From Trypanosoma brucei (taxonomy: Eukaryota), in the NCBI GenBank assembly GCA_000002445.1, contig CP000067.1:1408001-1472000 (forward strand): 64,000 nt of DNA. Direction: 5' to 3'. Each line of letters begins with the position of its first letter. The first letter of the stretch is position 1. Below the pieces are notes generated by a model. It was not told the origin of the DNA. It worked only from the letters and a program-made list of their open reading frames with translations, and did not search any database. Positions 33,141 to 45,047 of the stretch are shown one piece after another. Both the position numbers and the translations under genes were made by a program.

Positions 33141-33200
33141 ACAAACAAACACGCACAAACACGCACAAACACGCACAAACACGCAAACACGCACAAACGC
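33141..33200. repeat. Imperfect (ACGCACAAAC)n minisatellite of ~5 units
   Basis: Read directly from the sequence. It produces the spurious 'VCACLCVFVRV' ORFs. Confidence 0.85.
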
Positions 33201-33876
33201 AAAAAAAAAAAAAACAGACAAATACAAAATCTGCCATGTATATTTTCTAATATCATCTTCACTTAATATAAACAAAATCAATTTTCCAAAGACGTTCTTT
33301 TCTTTATTTCAAATTCTTACTCTTTTTTTTCTTTTTCTTTTTTTTTTTGAAAAAAAAAAAATCGATCTGCTTTCGTTCTGTTCTGCATCACGGTTTGTTT
33401 GTTTGTTTGTTTTTTACGTGTCATGTACATTTTCTTTACTTCTGTAAAATTTCGCCACACCTCATGCTTTGACAAGCCAAGTTACCTCTCTTTCTCGCTC
33501 CCTTTCTTTCTGCTTCCATTCGAAACAGTTAAAAAAAACAATTCCGCAAACTGCACTTCAACAAGTTCATGTTGCCTTCCAGTTCATCCTAACACTATAA
33601 TCACCCATTCTTCTTTTTTACCGTTTCATTATCTCTTTTTTTTCTTCTTCTTTTGTTTGCTTTTTTGTGTGTTTGTGCAGAGAAGAAGAAGAAAAAACAA
33701 ACAAAAGAGATCGGTTCTACAGTGGTTTGTTACCCCCACTTCACTTCAACCGTACACCACCCAATTCAATCATTACACAAAACATCAACACTAAGGAAAA
33801 GCAAAAACAAAAACAAAAACAAGAACAAACAAAAAGAAAAAAAGGAAAAGGAAAAGGAAAAAAAAAAAGAAATTTG

Positions 33877-35199
33877 TCAACGAGGCACGGCATTCTGAAG
33901 GACAGAAATCCAACGCTCGTAAGATTCTTCTGAGCGGTCCTTAAACCAATACGCCTTTCCCGTTTGGTTCTTAAGGGCAAAGACGTATTTTTCATGAGCC
34001 ATTGCAGCGTCTATTGGACAAACAGATGTAAGGGCTTCAAGATCCACCCTCTCAACATCACCAGTTTCTACATTTCGCATTAAGACCCCGTTATGGTCTA
34101 GTGAAAGTTCGCAGTCCTTCCAACCACGATCCGCAGTGTGACGTTGCAACATCCCACGGTGAGGTGTCACACGACTTCCCTCATATTCGGGGAGTTCGGA
34201 ACTCAACACCTCATCAATGTTTTGTGCAATCTCATTGAAAACCTGCTGTGGAATCTTTTTGTGGATCTCCACACTCCGTCGGAGCGTTTCTAAGCCACGG
34301 CGAATGAAAGGTAGTTGAAAAAGCTGCCGCAATGACGGCCGTTTAGCCGGATCGAGAGAAAGTAACTGATCACACACCCGGCGAAGATCATCCGAGTACA
34401 TATTTGGAAGCGGGGCGCGGCGGGCATGGACAATATTATCAATGAGCTCATCCATATTACGCCCACCAAAAGGACGCTTGAGTACCATAACTTCATACAA
34501 CACCACACCAAGAGCCCACATTTCACTCTTTTTGCTGTACGGTGCGCGGCGCCAGAGTTCGGGGCTCAAATAATATGGCGTCCCACAGAAAGTAGTGCCA
34601 ACAGGATTTGACAGCGAGTCCTCGTATTGACGACTGAAGCCAAAGTCACCCAACTTCACAAGGCCCGTCGTCGTGAGCAGCACGTTGGCAGTTTTAAGGT
34701 CGCGGTGCATCATGTTATTGCCATGAATGTGATCCAGCGCAAGACATAGTTGCAAAAATATGTATAACACTTCATGTTCCTTGAAGTGCCGTACCGCGTG
34801 CTGGCGTGCTTTGATCTGTCTGTAGAGATCACCACCATCAGCATACTCCATGATGATGAGCAACATCCCACCGCGGTCGTATGAGGCTCGGTGGCGTATA
34901 ATATTTGCATTGTTGCAGCGTGAAAGGCATTTAACCTCATTTGTCACGAAACCGCGATCCTTCGCGCTCATATTGTTTGTGTCCATCACCTTTGCTGCAA
35001 AAATTAGCCCCGTTGCCGTTTCTTCCACCCGCCATGCGCTACCAAAACTCCCCTGACCCAAAAGTTTCTTCTTAACATATTTGCATTCGGCACGTGAGCC
35101 GAGAATTCCTTCAAGAGGATCTTTTTTTTCCGTGCCTTCCTCCGCGGGTGGTACCGGAAGGGCGCTGTTACCGTTCGCGGGACGCTTATGTTCCGTCAT
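33877..35199 (-). CDS. NEK-family serine/threonine protein kinase with a C-terminal PH-like domain
   Basis: Genuine ATG. Kinase motifs GQGSFGSAW, AAKVM, HRDLKTANVLL, DFGFSRQ, GTPYYLSPE and the DLYRQI/L-rich regions are typical of NEKs. The C-terminal ~110 aa (…WKDCELSLDHNGVLMRN…KYVFALKNQTGKAYWFKDRSEESYERWISVLQNA) fit a PH fold ending in the conserved Trp. Confidence 0.8.
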   Translation of the reverse strand: MTEHKRPANGNSALPVPPAEEGTEKKDPLEGILGSRAECKYVKKKLLGQGSFGSAWRVEETATGLIFAAKVMDTNNMSAKDRGFVTNEVKCLSRCNNANIIRHRASYDRGGMLLIIMEYADGGDLYRQIKARQHAVRHFKEHEVLYIFLQLCLALDHIHGNNMMHRDLKTANVLLTTTGLVKLGDFGFSRQYEDSLSNPVGTTFCGTPYYLSPELWRRAPYSKKSEMWALGVVLYEVMVLKRPFGGRNMDELIDNIVHARRAPLPNMYSDDLRRVCDQLLSLDPAKRPSLRQLFQLPFIRRGLETLRRSVEIHKKIPQQVFNEIAQNIDEVLSSELPEYEGSRVTPHRGMLQRHTADRGWKDCELSLDHNGVLMRNVETGDVERVDLEALTSVCPIDAAMAHEKYVFALKNQTGKAYWFKDRSEESYERWISVLQNAVPR

Positions 35200-35965
35200 G
35201 CGTTATTGTTTCACGACAGTATGTCCGAGTAGTACTCCACTGTTAGTAATAACACAACGATTTACACACACTGCGTTGCTTGGTGTCCACTGTAAAGCAA
35301 AGTATACGTATATATTTCCTTTTGTTTCCCTTCACTGTATCAACACACACACACACAAAACAAAAAAAAAATCTCCCCGTTTCCGGTTTTATATGCACAG
35401 TTGTTGCCAATTATTTACTGGTTGGGCGCCAGCCTCAGTGCAGGAATGTGTGGCGTGAGCAGAACTTTGTGTTTTGTCCCACTCGTTGCTTGTTGCCTGC
35501 ACAGTGAACTTTCGTTCCCTAACCCTTCTCCTTTATTTACTCACCTTTCGGCTTCTTTTCGACTGATTTGTCCAGTTTTCTCCACGATACCTCAACGGCA
35601 CCAAACCCAAGGAGAAAACAAGGCTGTTGGACACTTTATGGGGTATCGTGCTTCCTAAACCAAGTGTACGTGTACGTACGGGTGTAATGAAATGGAAAGA
35701 GGAAAGTCAGCAACAGCAAGGAGGAAATGGTGGAGACTAAGCAAAAGGCAAAAAAAAAAGGATAAGCAAGCCAAAGTTTCGACACTAACTGTGAAGAACA
35801 ATGCCAGTTGAAGGACCATTGACGCTCTTCGCAGGGAGGAAGAAAAATTTGTAACTGATGCTTAATGGTCAAATAGTTAAAGGGCCTCAAACTGAAAAGC
35901 TTCGGGTCGTGCGAGCAAGGCATCCTTCTCTTCCCGACTTACCAACCCACCAACCGTCCAAAGGT

Positions 35966-38632
35966 TCACTCAACAGCAGTTGCGGATGACGATTCAGAGC
36001 GAGACCGTTTTGCTGGTGGTTCACTCGATGAGTTCTCCTCGCCTTCATTTTCTTCACTATCACAGTTGCAACTATCGTCGTTGGACGCAAAATCACTGTT
36101 GTCTGGGGCCTGCTGGGCAGATGTTGTGTAATGGCTCTCAAGCGGGTCGTCGTAACCAACCACTCCGGAGCCCATCACCTGCAACTTATTGTTGGCCGGT
36201 TGCGCATCGACGCCAAGCTCTGCCAACAATAATTCAAAATCTGAATCTCTCCCATTCCACCCATTACGCTCCACTGTGCTCGCTACACTTGACGTCTCTG
36301 CACCAGCAGAAGCGGCTTCCTCAGGTGTCTCCAGCAGCGAGTGCTCCAAGCGAGTGGCGAGAGCTGGGCAGTGCTGTCGCATGCGCTCTCCGTAAGCTTG
36401 CCACAGTCGATTGCCAACATTATGGCACATATTTCTGTTGCACTCATCCACATCTACGTCCGCGCCGTCGCCGTTCGCGGATGAGATAACAGTGCTTTCA
36501 TCTTCGGACGCAAACAGCGACGGCGCAAAGGGATTATTGGCTGAGCCGCAGAACGATGTTTGCCGCAGCGCACTCCCCTTTTCCATGCGGATTGCTCTGC
36601 ACAGGGAATCAATAAGATGGGCAAGAGAGGAGCGGAACAAACTGTTGCTGTTGGGGCTACAGACTAAATAACGGCGCACGGCTGTATCGAGAAGCTCTCC
36701 ACCTGCATACAGCAGTGGCAATGCCACAAGCTGTCGCTTGTTGCAATTTAATAGGGAAGCAATAAAAGACGCAACGGACGATTGCACGTTCGCGACAGAA
36801 CGTGCACGAGACTGCAGTACGTTGTCCAAACATTGCACCAGGCAAGACTGTTGTAGAAGGTTAGCAAGCGGCCTACTAAGCGGTTCATCTACCGCGTCAA
36901 CAAGCACTGTAAAGACTCTTAGTATGTGAATCACACGTGTCTCGCCGTGGAATCCTCGCATCACTCTCTCTAACGAACCCAAGACGTTCACCAGCCCCTC
37001 TGTAAGCGATAGTAGTGGAGGCCGTCGTTTCCCATCATCTCCATTCAACCAAAATTGTATAATGTCGCGCCTCTCAGCCGCACAGATAGCCACGCCAGCC
37101 GGTGACTGAAGCAGCGCGCACGTTACGCAAGACACTACGGCATCCACTGCCGCCTGCAGTTCAGCGCCACAGTGAGTTACCACAACGCATTGCAGCAGTA
37201 ACTCGAGTAAGCAACCATCCGGCTTAGAATGGCCCTCCTCCGTAAGCAAACACCGTCCCTGAGGGTAAAATGTGAGGCAATTACTGATGATATCACATGC
37301 CATCAGTAGCGCCATCCCTGGTGAAATGTTAGGTGATATTAAGCACTGTTGGTCCGGTTGCCAGCGAGGCGCTGCTTCGTAAAGGGCCAGAGCCCTAGAA
37401 AGAACGAACCGAATAAAGGGTATCAGCGACGTTCTGATCATGGCCCCAAATATGGACGACTTATACTCAATGGACATCGTAGCGCTGCGCACCGTCCTGC
37501 ACATATCGTGTAGGAATGCGGTGACTTCAAAGGCAAGTTTAACGTCGTCGTAAGCCCGAGTAAAGGCTTCGGGTAAAATATGACGCGACTTGCATATGTC
37601 ATCCACCAGTTGGCTTTTATTAGTCATTATGTAATTGCTGAGAAGCGAAGAAGGGTTGGCATCTGCTTCATCAAGGGAGACCGGAAGCATATCTTTCAAG
37701 CAACTACACGCATGCAGTTCGTGAATCTTCAACACAGTGCTCTCCGGAAGCATAAGCGGATTACGAAATGTTGCACGCCGTTGGGCAATGTCAACGAAAC
37801 CCGATTGACTATCACACCTTCCAATAGCAAACTGCACGACCTGGAGAACCCTGTCAATAACTTCCCTGTCTATAAATTGGGAGATAATTTTCCCGTCTGT
37901 ACAGAACGGTTGATGTAAGAGTGTAGTTGTGATTGTCCCTATGAGATTCATGCCCCGCTGGTCGTTGTCTCCTTTGCAATATTCAAATAGGTCTACCAAC
38001 TCCTTAATGTACGTCTCGTGACTCCGAACGAACAGTCCGAAGCGCTGTGGGTTTGTCTGCATCACAGAAATAATAATTGGAAGATTTTCACGGCATACCA
38101 ACCAGTTTCTGCAGAGTGCCAGAGGTCCTCCACACCCATCAATGTAGCCCTCAGCCTCACTCCCAGTGACTACAAGACCTCCTCCGTCGTCACCACCATT
38201 GTTCATCCCCCCGACTTCGGTAGGAGGCCTACGTGAGCGTTGGTAATCTAATATTTCTGAATAGATCTTATCGCATCCCTCTTTTGTGTTGAAGCTGCAT
38301 GAGAGAAGGCGACCAAGCGCCACATCTGACCACAAGAGAATGGTTTCCTGCTGGACAACGTAGATATCCTCGAGGCTGATAGGCGTACTGATTAACAGCT
38401 CTTGTGGGTTGTCAATATCAACCATTTCCAGACACCCAACTGTTTGCTCCAACCTGCCGCAGTCGCCACTTCGCCCTTCGCCTTTGCCTTCACCAAACCC
38501 CTCCTCTCCTTCATTAGCTACGGAGCGCATCACAATAAATACAACACCAACACCCATTTCTGTCCATGACTCCTGGTCGGACAGGGCCGTGTACAACTTC
38601 GCCTTCGTGAAGAGATGAGGGCCATTATCCAT
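35966..38632 (-). CDS. Protein phosphatase 4 regulatory subunit 3 (PP4R3/SMEK) homologue, 888 aa. The track start is GTG; ATG at 38632.
   Basis: The N-terminal EVH1/RanBD-like domain aligns with human SMEK1: KAKLYTALSDQESWTEMGVGVVFI vs [22 protein letters not shown], and ELLISTPISLEDIYVVQQETILLWSDVALGRLLSCSFNTKEGCDKIYSEILDYQ vs [52 protein letters not shown]. A long helical ARM-like body and an acidic Ser-rich tail follow. Confidence 0.65.
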   Translation of the reverse strand: MDNGPHLFTKAKLYTALSDQESWTEMGVGVVFIVMRSVANEGEEGFGEGKGEGRSGDCGRLEQTVGCLEMVDIDNPQELLISTPISLEDIYVVQQETILLWSDVALGRLLSCSFNTKEGCDKIYSEILDYQRSRRPPTEVGGMNNGGDDGGGLVVTGSEAEGYIDGCGGPLALCRNWLVCRENLPIIISVMQTNPQRFGLFVRSHETYIKELVDLFEYCKGDNDQRGMNLIGTITTTLLHQPFCTDGKIISQFIDREVIDRVLQVVQFAIGRCDSQSGFVDIAQRRATFRNPLMLPESTVLKIHELHACSCLKDMLPVSLDEADANPSSLLSNYIMTNKSQLVDDICKSRHILPEAFTRAYDDVKLAFEVTAFLHDMCRTVRSATMSIEYKSSIFGAMIRTSLIPFIRFVLSRALALYEAAPRWQPDQQCLISPNISPGMALLMACDIISNCLTFYPQGRCLLTEEGHSKPDGCLLELLLQCVVVTHCGAELQAAVDAVVSCVTCALLQSPAGVAICAAERRDIIQFWLNGDDGKRRPPLLSLTEGLVNVLGSLERVMRGFHGETRVIHILRVFTVLVDAVDEPLSRPLANLLQQSCLVQCLDNVLQSRARSVANVQSSVASFIASLLNCNKRQLVALPLLYAGGELLDTAVRRYLVCSPNSNSLFRSSLAHLIDSLCRAIRMEKGSALRQTSFCGSANNPFAPSLFASEDESTVISSANGDGADVDVDECNRNMCHNVGNRLWQAYGERMRQHCPALATRLEHSLLETPEEAASAGAETSSVASTVERNGWNGRDSDFELLLAELGVDAQPANNKLQVMGSGVVGYDDPLESHYTTSAQQAPDNSDFASNDDSCNCDSEENEGEENSSSEPPAKRSRSESSSATAVE

Positions 38633-40489
38633 CTCTCCGCAGTTCCAACTGTTGCGGGCAGGTAATTCAGATATGAAACGAAAAGATCCTTTACTGTATA
38701 TACTTCGGACAGATAAAAGTACGTGCAACACTTCAGCAGATCGAAACGAAACTATAACTAACTTATTTGACCGTTCACTCTATGACACAGGCCCTCCACT
38801 TTGTACTAGGCAACTGGTGTGTTGCCCGGGTGTGTCACAATCCTCACTGTGCAGTCGCAGTTCTATTTTTGTGTTGCCCCACCCTGTACTTGTCAGCGGA
38901 AGGTCCCACAAATAGAAACGAGTAAATGCGTTAAAAACGAAAAATTCAAAAAAAAAAAGTAAAAGCAAAACGGGCGATAGAATGCTGAAAAGGGTCTTTC
39001 CAGGCGCATACATAACTGAACTGGAAGACTTACAGAGTGGTGGAAGTTGGTGGTGTTCAGGAGTGCAGATGTACTCCAAGACTGGACAATATATACGCAA
39101 ATGCATATGAAATAAGAAAAAAATACGAGGAAGTGTACCGCAAAAAAAAAAAAAGCGCACAAACCCCTACAATATGGTGGCAGAAATACATGTACTCCAT
39201 GTGAATGTTACAGTTTTATCAGAACCATATTCATCTCAGCGTATTCGAAAGCTGAAGGCTCTCCATAAACGGTAGCAGAAAGAACAACCTCAAATGTGTT
39301 GCCTCTGCTTCGTAAAAATGCAACACAATGGAGGTGACGCGACTTGATACACACACAGAAACACAGAAACACACACACAGAGAGAGAGACACAGGAACGG
39401 TAAAACAAAAAGTCACTTGCGGCATACGAGACGACTTTTGTTCCCCCAACAACAACAACAACACACCTGAAGGTTACCGTTAGGGTGGAAGAGAAAAAAG
39501 AAATCGTACCATGTAACCTTTTTGGCCTGATCCACAAGTTTGGTGGGATGTCCAAACTGAATGGGCTTTTCATTGAATTGCTGCTGCAACATATTTGGAG
39601 TAACGGGAAACAAATTGAAATTACATCCATTTCACGCCTTTGATGCTGCGGTAGTGAGTCACAGAGATGGCAACAACAACAAAAAAAAACACGGCTCAGG
39701 CGATGTGCCTTTAACTAACTTGACCAATGGAAAACGCAGCGGACACTTTGCAGGTCCCTCACGTTCTTCTATCATTGCTTAGCCTTGACCTTCTGCCATT
39801 ATCACCATCAAATCATCCGCTACAAGAAATTCATCTGCTTTTCGCTATCAAGACTTTCCTCTTAGTATTGGGTATTGCTCCGACCGAGAGCCGTGAGCGG
39901 TAAGTCCATACAAATACGAGTAGTTTTGTAAGTAACAAAAAAAAAAGAGCAGTCAATGTACGAACCTATAGTTTTATACTGTGCTCCTGTGCTCAGTTAG
40001 AAATTATCATTTGAGGAGAAAAAAAGGAGTCGCAAAGTAGCAAGTAGAATAAAAGCAACAGTACGGACCGAAGAAATCAGCTCCAAAGTCCCCGCAAGGT
40101 GGATATACATATATATTTATTTTTAAAAAATAAGTTGAAAGATCGTAGAAAAAATGAAAAGGTTGTGTCTCTAGAGCATCTATCGAAAGCAATTCCGTTT
40201 TTTTTCTTCTCAACAGGCGGAACCGCCCTTTACTTAACACGAGCAAGCAATTTGTAAACCCTCATACTACGTAGCGTTTCACGAACAGCTACTGCGGTGT
40301 GATCGGGTCGAAGAAATAAGCGAAATTCATGGTGAAAAGCCGAAAATGCGGCACATGTGTTTACTACTCTATTATTAGTACTGTGAAGACGCAAAGCTTC
40401 CTAGCATTAATGACCAATATATACGTGTATATATATATATATATACTACGGGTTTATTGTTAGGTTGCATGATATTTTATGTTCGCGTA

Positions 40490-43141
40490 TCACATCATCG
40501 ATACCAGAGCACGCACGCTGTCGGAGGGACATGAGAAACTTGTTTCCGCAGAGCATAAACTCCGGTGGTGGCTTCCCGGCGATCCGTTTCCATCTCGGTC
40601 GAGCGGCCCCATTCTTCGGTGGGATCGTGTATTTTCGAGCGGTTTACTGTAGCGGAAATCGTTCGATTTTTCTGCTGCTTGAAGGCTATTTCTTGCGTGC
40701 AGCCTGAGACGATCCACTGTTAGACCATTTGCTTTAAATGTGGCATTTTGCACAGCGCCTAACTGCTGTTTTTTACAACAAGTAGCGGCTGCCATCATTC
40801 TGTTGATGCAGCGATTATTTAACGGTTTACACGCGATGGGGCTGTTGGCCGCATTCACATACCTGATAGAAGGCGCGATTTGTGTCGTGTGTCGCTTCAC
40901 AAACTCCTTCCATGTGCGGAAGTACCGACGCAAAAACTCCAAATGAACTCTGTTGAGGAGTGCAGCAAAAGCTGTCGGAGTGGGGTGGCCACCACCAGTA
41001 CCCAATCTCTCCTCGTCACACCTCACAGAACGCTTTAGCGGTATTGAAACATTTTTTCCCCAACGCTGTGCTGTCGAGGAAGGCCAAACCTGAGGCGAGT
41101 GAAGTGGCTCTAGAAAAATATCATCATTCTTCTCGACCAGTTGAGATCCGCGTTCGGAGGGTATTTTCCCATCAACGCTTGTTCCGCCTGAAGGTGTGCG
41201 CGGGGAATTTCGTGGGCCCATGGGTAACGTCTGAGTTCGCAGAAAAGGAGCCTGTGAGTCGTCCTCCTCCTGTTCCAAGCAGGTTTTAAAGCTGCGCGCT
41301 GTCAGCATCGAATCTCCGGTTACAGCATCAGATGGTACACTTCCTAACACATCACCAACAATGGTTTCGTGCAAGTTCTCCACAAAATGGCTCATGTTGG
41401 AAGCCAACTCGGCAGCCTTCACGAGAGGGTCCATTTCCACACCTTTGCCCGACATCGGCTTAAGGTAACTGGTGTCATTGTCACCCCCACAATTTGTTTT
41501 CTCCCTGTTAAGTATCGGTTGGGACAACAAAAATAGACCCTGGCACATCCTTCCTTCCGTGTTGTCAGTTTGTGTCGCTGAATCCAGCACTTTGCGGTGG
41601 TCATCATACCGCACATCACCACTTGCTGCAGGCCGCCTCTCACGAGGTGGTGACGGCAGCGGATTCTCACAGATTTCCATCATTTGCTTCTTGTCAATAT
41701 TCGCTTGGTCTTCTCGTGTAACTTCCTCTGTTCCAATGATATCGGAAATTTCGACGACGTCAAATTGAGAGGAACCACTCTCCTCAACTGAGGCATGCCC
41801 AAAATACGTCTGACCCGCTCTGACTTGAGGTTGCGGTGCACTGCACCCCCGACTGGAGGCACCAAATATGTCGCACCCCGCATTCCATCGAAGCGTACAT
41901 TTTTCATAGGCAAATTCTGGATCCTCAGGACACCAATCAGATATTTCTCGTCCAAATGGAACATTTGCTTTCTGTCTTCTTGAGGTCAACGGTGGCCCTG
42001 CGGCGGCGTGGTCCATGTTCTTTTTCATAACAAAGCTTTGCTCTGAACTCCTGTACTGGGAATTGCCACAGAAGCTGCCAAGTCGGTGGGGCTCAGTGGA
42101 AGGTAATTTACCACCAGCACACCAAGCGATGCCGTTGTCGCGCCTTCTTGCTGGGGACTTTACTCCGGCCGAGGGTGATGCCGCCCTTGGGGAGCGCATT
42201 GCAGACAACGACACCTTCTTTTTGTCATCACATTCCCTGTTTCTTTCAATGGCAGAGCGTACGTTGGTCAGTAGTAGAGACCCTCTGCTAATAGAGCTCG
42301 TTGGCGCAAGTGTCATCGACGCAGGGGATTGTCTCATCGGCTGAATTGGGGTTGGCACTGACTCTGGTCGGACCATTACCGCGCCTCGAGACTCTCTTTG
42401 GCATGTTTGAATGCTTTCGCTTTTAGTAATAACGTCGGCCTTAAGGTTGGTATCGATGGACGGGTGTTTGTTACTTTCCAGGAAGCGGTCCACCGGTTGC
42501 GCAAAGGCCTCTAATGCTCTATCTCGAGTTGTTTTCGCGGTATACTCCCGTCGAAGCAGCGCCGCTCGCGTCTGCCGAGGCGAACCCAAAATCAAGGCGT
42601 CACCAGTGAAGCGCGGTGTGATATGATTGTTGCCAGTTGCGGAAGAAACTGCAGCAACGGCGGCTGCAAGAAGGTTTGCATGGCCGGTTGCAGCGCTGCT
42701 TCCAACAAACTCCTGCCTCGGGCTTTGCTTTCCCATTGGTGTATTCAATAATTCCCGTGTGGTTCTTGGCGGAGAAGGTACGTCACGTTTATTCGCAACA
42801 AAAAACGCATGGCGGCGCGGCGTCATTGCTGCATGCACCTCTCCTTCATTGTCCGCTCGCCTTTCCCGCTTAGCTTTGCAATCACCTGCAAACCTGGAAA
42901 GGTGCGGTACCCTCCCGTCACCGAACTCCCGTGCAACCGTGTGATTAAATTTAGCACTTTTCTGTGGGGCGATTCTGATGGGTTTCGTATATCTCACTGC
43001 TTCATGAGCTCGTAATGGTGAGGGGATGCTAAAGAAAACTGAATCCTGATTGTAATCCATATCCTCCTCGTCTTGCGATGGTGCTGACGACTCCTTCTCC
43101 CGAAGGATACGCAAAGCTGCTCTGGAAAGCGGGCCCTTCAT
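40490..43141 (-). CDS. Hypothetical Ser/Pro/Arg-rich low-complexity protein of 883 aa
   Basis: Long ORF with a genuine ATG, co-oriented with the transcription unit. No recognisable domain. Confidence 0.45.
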   Translation of the reverse strand: MKGPLSRAALRILREKESSAPSQDEEDMDYNQDSVFFSIPSPLRAHEAVRYTKPIRIAPQKSAKFNHTVAREFGDGRVPHLSRFAGDCKAKRERRADNEGEVHAAMTPRRHAFFVANKRDVPSPPRTTRELLNTPMGKQSPRQEFVGSSAATGHANLLAAAVAAVSSATGNNHITPRFTGDALILGSPRQTRAALLRREYTAKTTRDRALEAFAQPVDRFLESNKHPSIDTNLKADVITKSESIQTCQRESRGAVMVRPESVPTPIQPMRQSPASMTLAPTSSISRGSLLLTNVRSAIERNRECDDKKKVSLSAMRSPRAASPSAGVKSPARRRDNGIAWCAGGKLPSTEPHRLGSFCGNSQYRSSEQSFVMKKNMDHAAAGPPLTSRRQKANVPFGREISDWCPEDPEFAYEKCTLRWNAGCDIFGASSRGCSAPQPQVRAGQTYFGHASVEESGSSQFDVVEISDIIGTEEVTREDQANIDKKQMMEICENPLPSPPRERRPAASGDVRYDDHRKVLDSATQTDNTEGRMCQGLFLLSQPILNREKTNCGGDNDTSYLKPMSGKGVEMDPLVKAAELASNMSHFVENLHETIVGDVLGSVPSDAVTGDSMLTARSFKTCLEQEEDDSQAPFLRTQTLPMGPRNSPRTPSGGTSVDGKIPSERGSQLVEKNDDIFLEPLHSPQVWPSSTAQRWGKNVSIPLKRSVRCDEERLGTGGGHPTPTAFAALLNRVHLEFLRRYFRTWKEFVKRHTTQIAPSIRYVNAANSPIACKPLNNRCINRMMAAATCCKKQQLGAVQNATFKANGLTVDRLRLHARNSLQAAEKSNDFRYSKPLENTRSHRRMGPLDRDGNGSPGSHHRSLCSAETSFSCPSDSVRALVSMM

Positions 43142-45047
43142 TCTATCAGTGCAGTTTTGTGCAGATATAGGAGTCTACCTTGCATACTGATTAAAGAGGT
43201 TACAACCGAAGTAAGAAACAGAGAAATGGACGGCACAGGACTATGACAGCGAGTCATTCCTATATACAACCTGCCAACGGGGGAGGGGCGAGTGGAAACA
43301 GCTTCGGAAAGAAGAACCAGCCGCAATGACAGCGCCATGCACATAAACATGTATACAATGTGTAACGGATATGCACCATTATCTCTAGGTGTAGATAAGG
43401 GAGAAGTTTTAATATCGGTAACTTCCTGAGGGGGGGGATAACTCCCTTCGAAAAAAGTGCAACATGTAAATTAGATACACGTGTAATAGCAAGCAAGAGT
43501 AAACGACCCTGAACTGTGGCATCAAGCACAATTCCTTGCATTTGTTCGAGCCTACAGGTGTGACAAAGAGGTGAGGAGAGTGAGGAGCTCCCCGCCTTTT
43601 GTTTTGTTTGTTACGACCCACCGGCCCTCAACATACTCCAACGTTACACTGACGTAATATTGTTTGCCTGGTTCACTAGATAACAACGTTCAGAAGGTGT
43701 AAGAGACTTGTGCGCACCCCTTGCCGCTCCCATGCTCTGCTGATTTATCTAATGATTGAAACTGAATGCCTCTTTTTAGGCAACACTTGCCGTTACGAGC
43801 CCTAATTGCAGGGCGACCATTCGGAAACCCTTACACGCGGCCGCTGCACAATTCTGTGGGTGCTAACCATGCCCTTTACTATCGTTGCTTACCTTTATCC
43901 GAATACAAGTTAAACGTCTGCAAGTAGTGAAAGGGTGAGAATCAAATTGCCTGAAGAAATGTCTGTCGACCCCTGCCAACGGGTAACTCCTCACCGATGA
44001 ATTAAAGCATTTCTTCAAATTTCCATAGAAATATAAAGGTGATAAGTGATGGAAGTTAGCGAAGAAACGAACACACACATACACACAAAACAGCCGGCTC
44101 TCATTTGCTGGGCCAACATCACAAATAAGACAAACCCCTTCCTCAGCTGAAATGCTCTACCACCGCACGCGCTTAACGATCTACGAGAGAGAGAAATGGA
44201 TGGAGAAGCAAAGAATAACAACACATGCATATAAACAGGGACATATAAACAAAAACTACTGGTAAGATACCCGCTCAACCTTTGGTCTAAAAAAATAGAC
44301 CGCAGCACGTCACCTCGGGTGTGGGTGACTTTTCCTCAGACTTGTTTGGCCCCCTCGGACAGTTAGCCTCCGGGGGTGTATGAGCAGGTGGTACGTGGAA
44401 GACGTCGTTAAAACGTTCAGTCCACAACTTTGGGTCCGAGACAACTCTGCCCTCCGCAAACGAGCTGTTTTTAGATAAAGGGGGGATGCTTGAGTTACTC
44501 GGCAGCTGCAAACTAGGGAGACTCGAACGCCTTTGTATTATTCGCTCCCCTAACGTAGTTTTCTCCGTTGCAACCTGCATTTAATCTTACCTACGTCGGT
44601 ATATGCGTTTTGCTGCTGCGACCGATATTTGTCGAAGCACACAAACACGTATGACAAGCAGTGGAGAAGTGACGGAGAAGAGGCTACGTATCTCGTTAGC
44701 GAAGTTGATAAACAATTGACAGATTAATGATGGTAGCGGCAGCCAACCTTACGGAAAGAAAGGAAGTTGTGAGGACTCATGTCCTAACGCACGTCGATAA
44801 GAAAACATAATGCGCAACTTGGCGACTTGTATGACAAAAAATATACACGAACGGTAGCTGAAACCTTTCGTGGTGGGGCACCTCGACTCCGAAGAGGTAT
44901 CTACTGATGGATTGGGAAGTTGTAAAAAAGTAAAAAAAAATGTTACTGTCGTCTCCCTTTCGTCTGTCATTGGGAAGACGATAAACTTGTGATGACTCCT
45001 AAGGTTACGCTCTTGCGGAGTCGGGCGAAAACGAAGTCCGTATAACA

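Larger units (their letters stand above)
28853..33876. repeat. ~5-kb gene-free low-complexity island of homopolymer A/T runs, (AAT)n, (TA)n, (GTTT)n, (ACGCACAAAC)n and A+G or C+T tracts. The purine-rich (+) strand changes to a pyrimidine-rich (+) strand at ~31.3 kb.
   Basis: No ORF longer than 140 codons, and all of those are low-complexity poly-L/F/K translations. The composition is read directly from the sequence. Confidence 0.8.

Noticed and set aside
29518-33995. Dozens of 60-140-aa ORFs on both strands in the low-complexity island (poly-L, poly-F, poly-K and CVFV-type peptides)
   Set aside because: These are translations of homopolymers and microsatellites. They have no start-codon context or complexity and are not credible genes.
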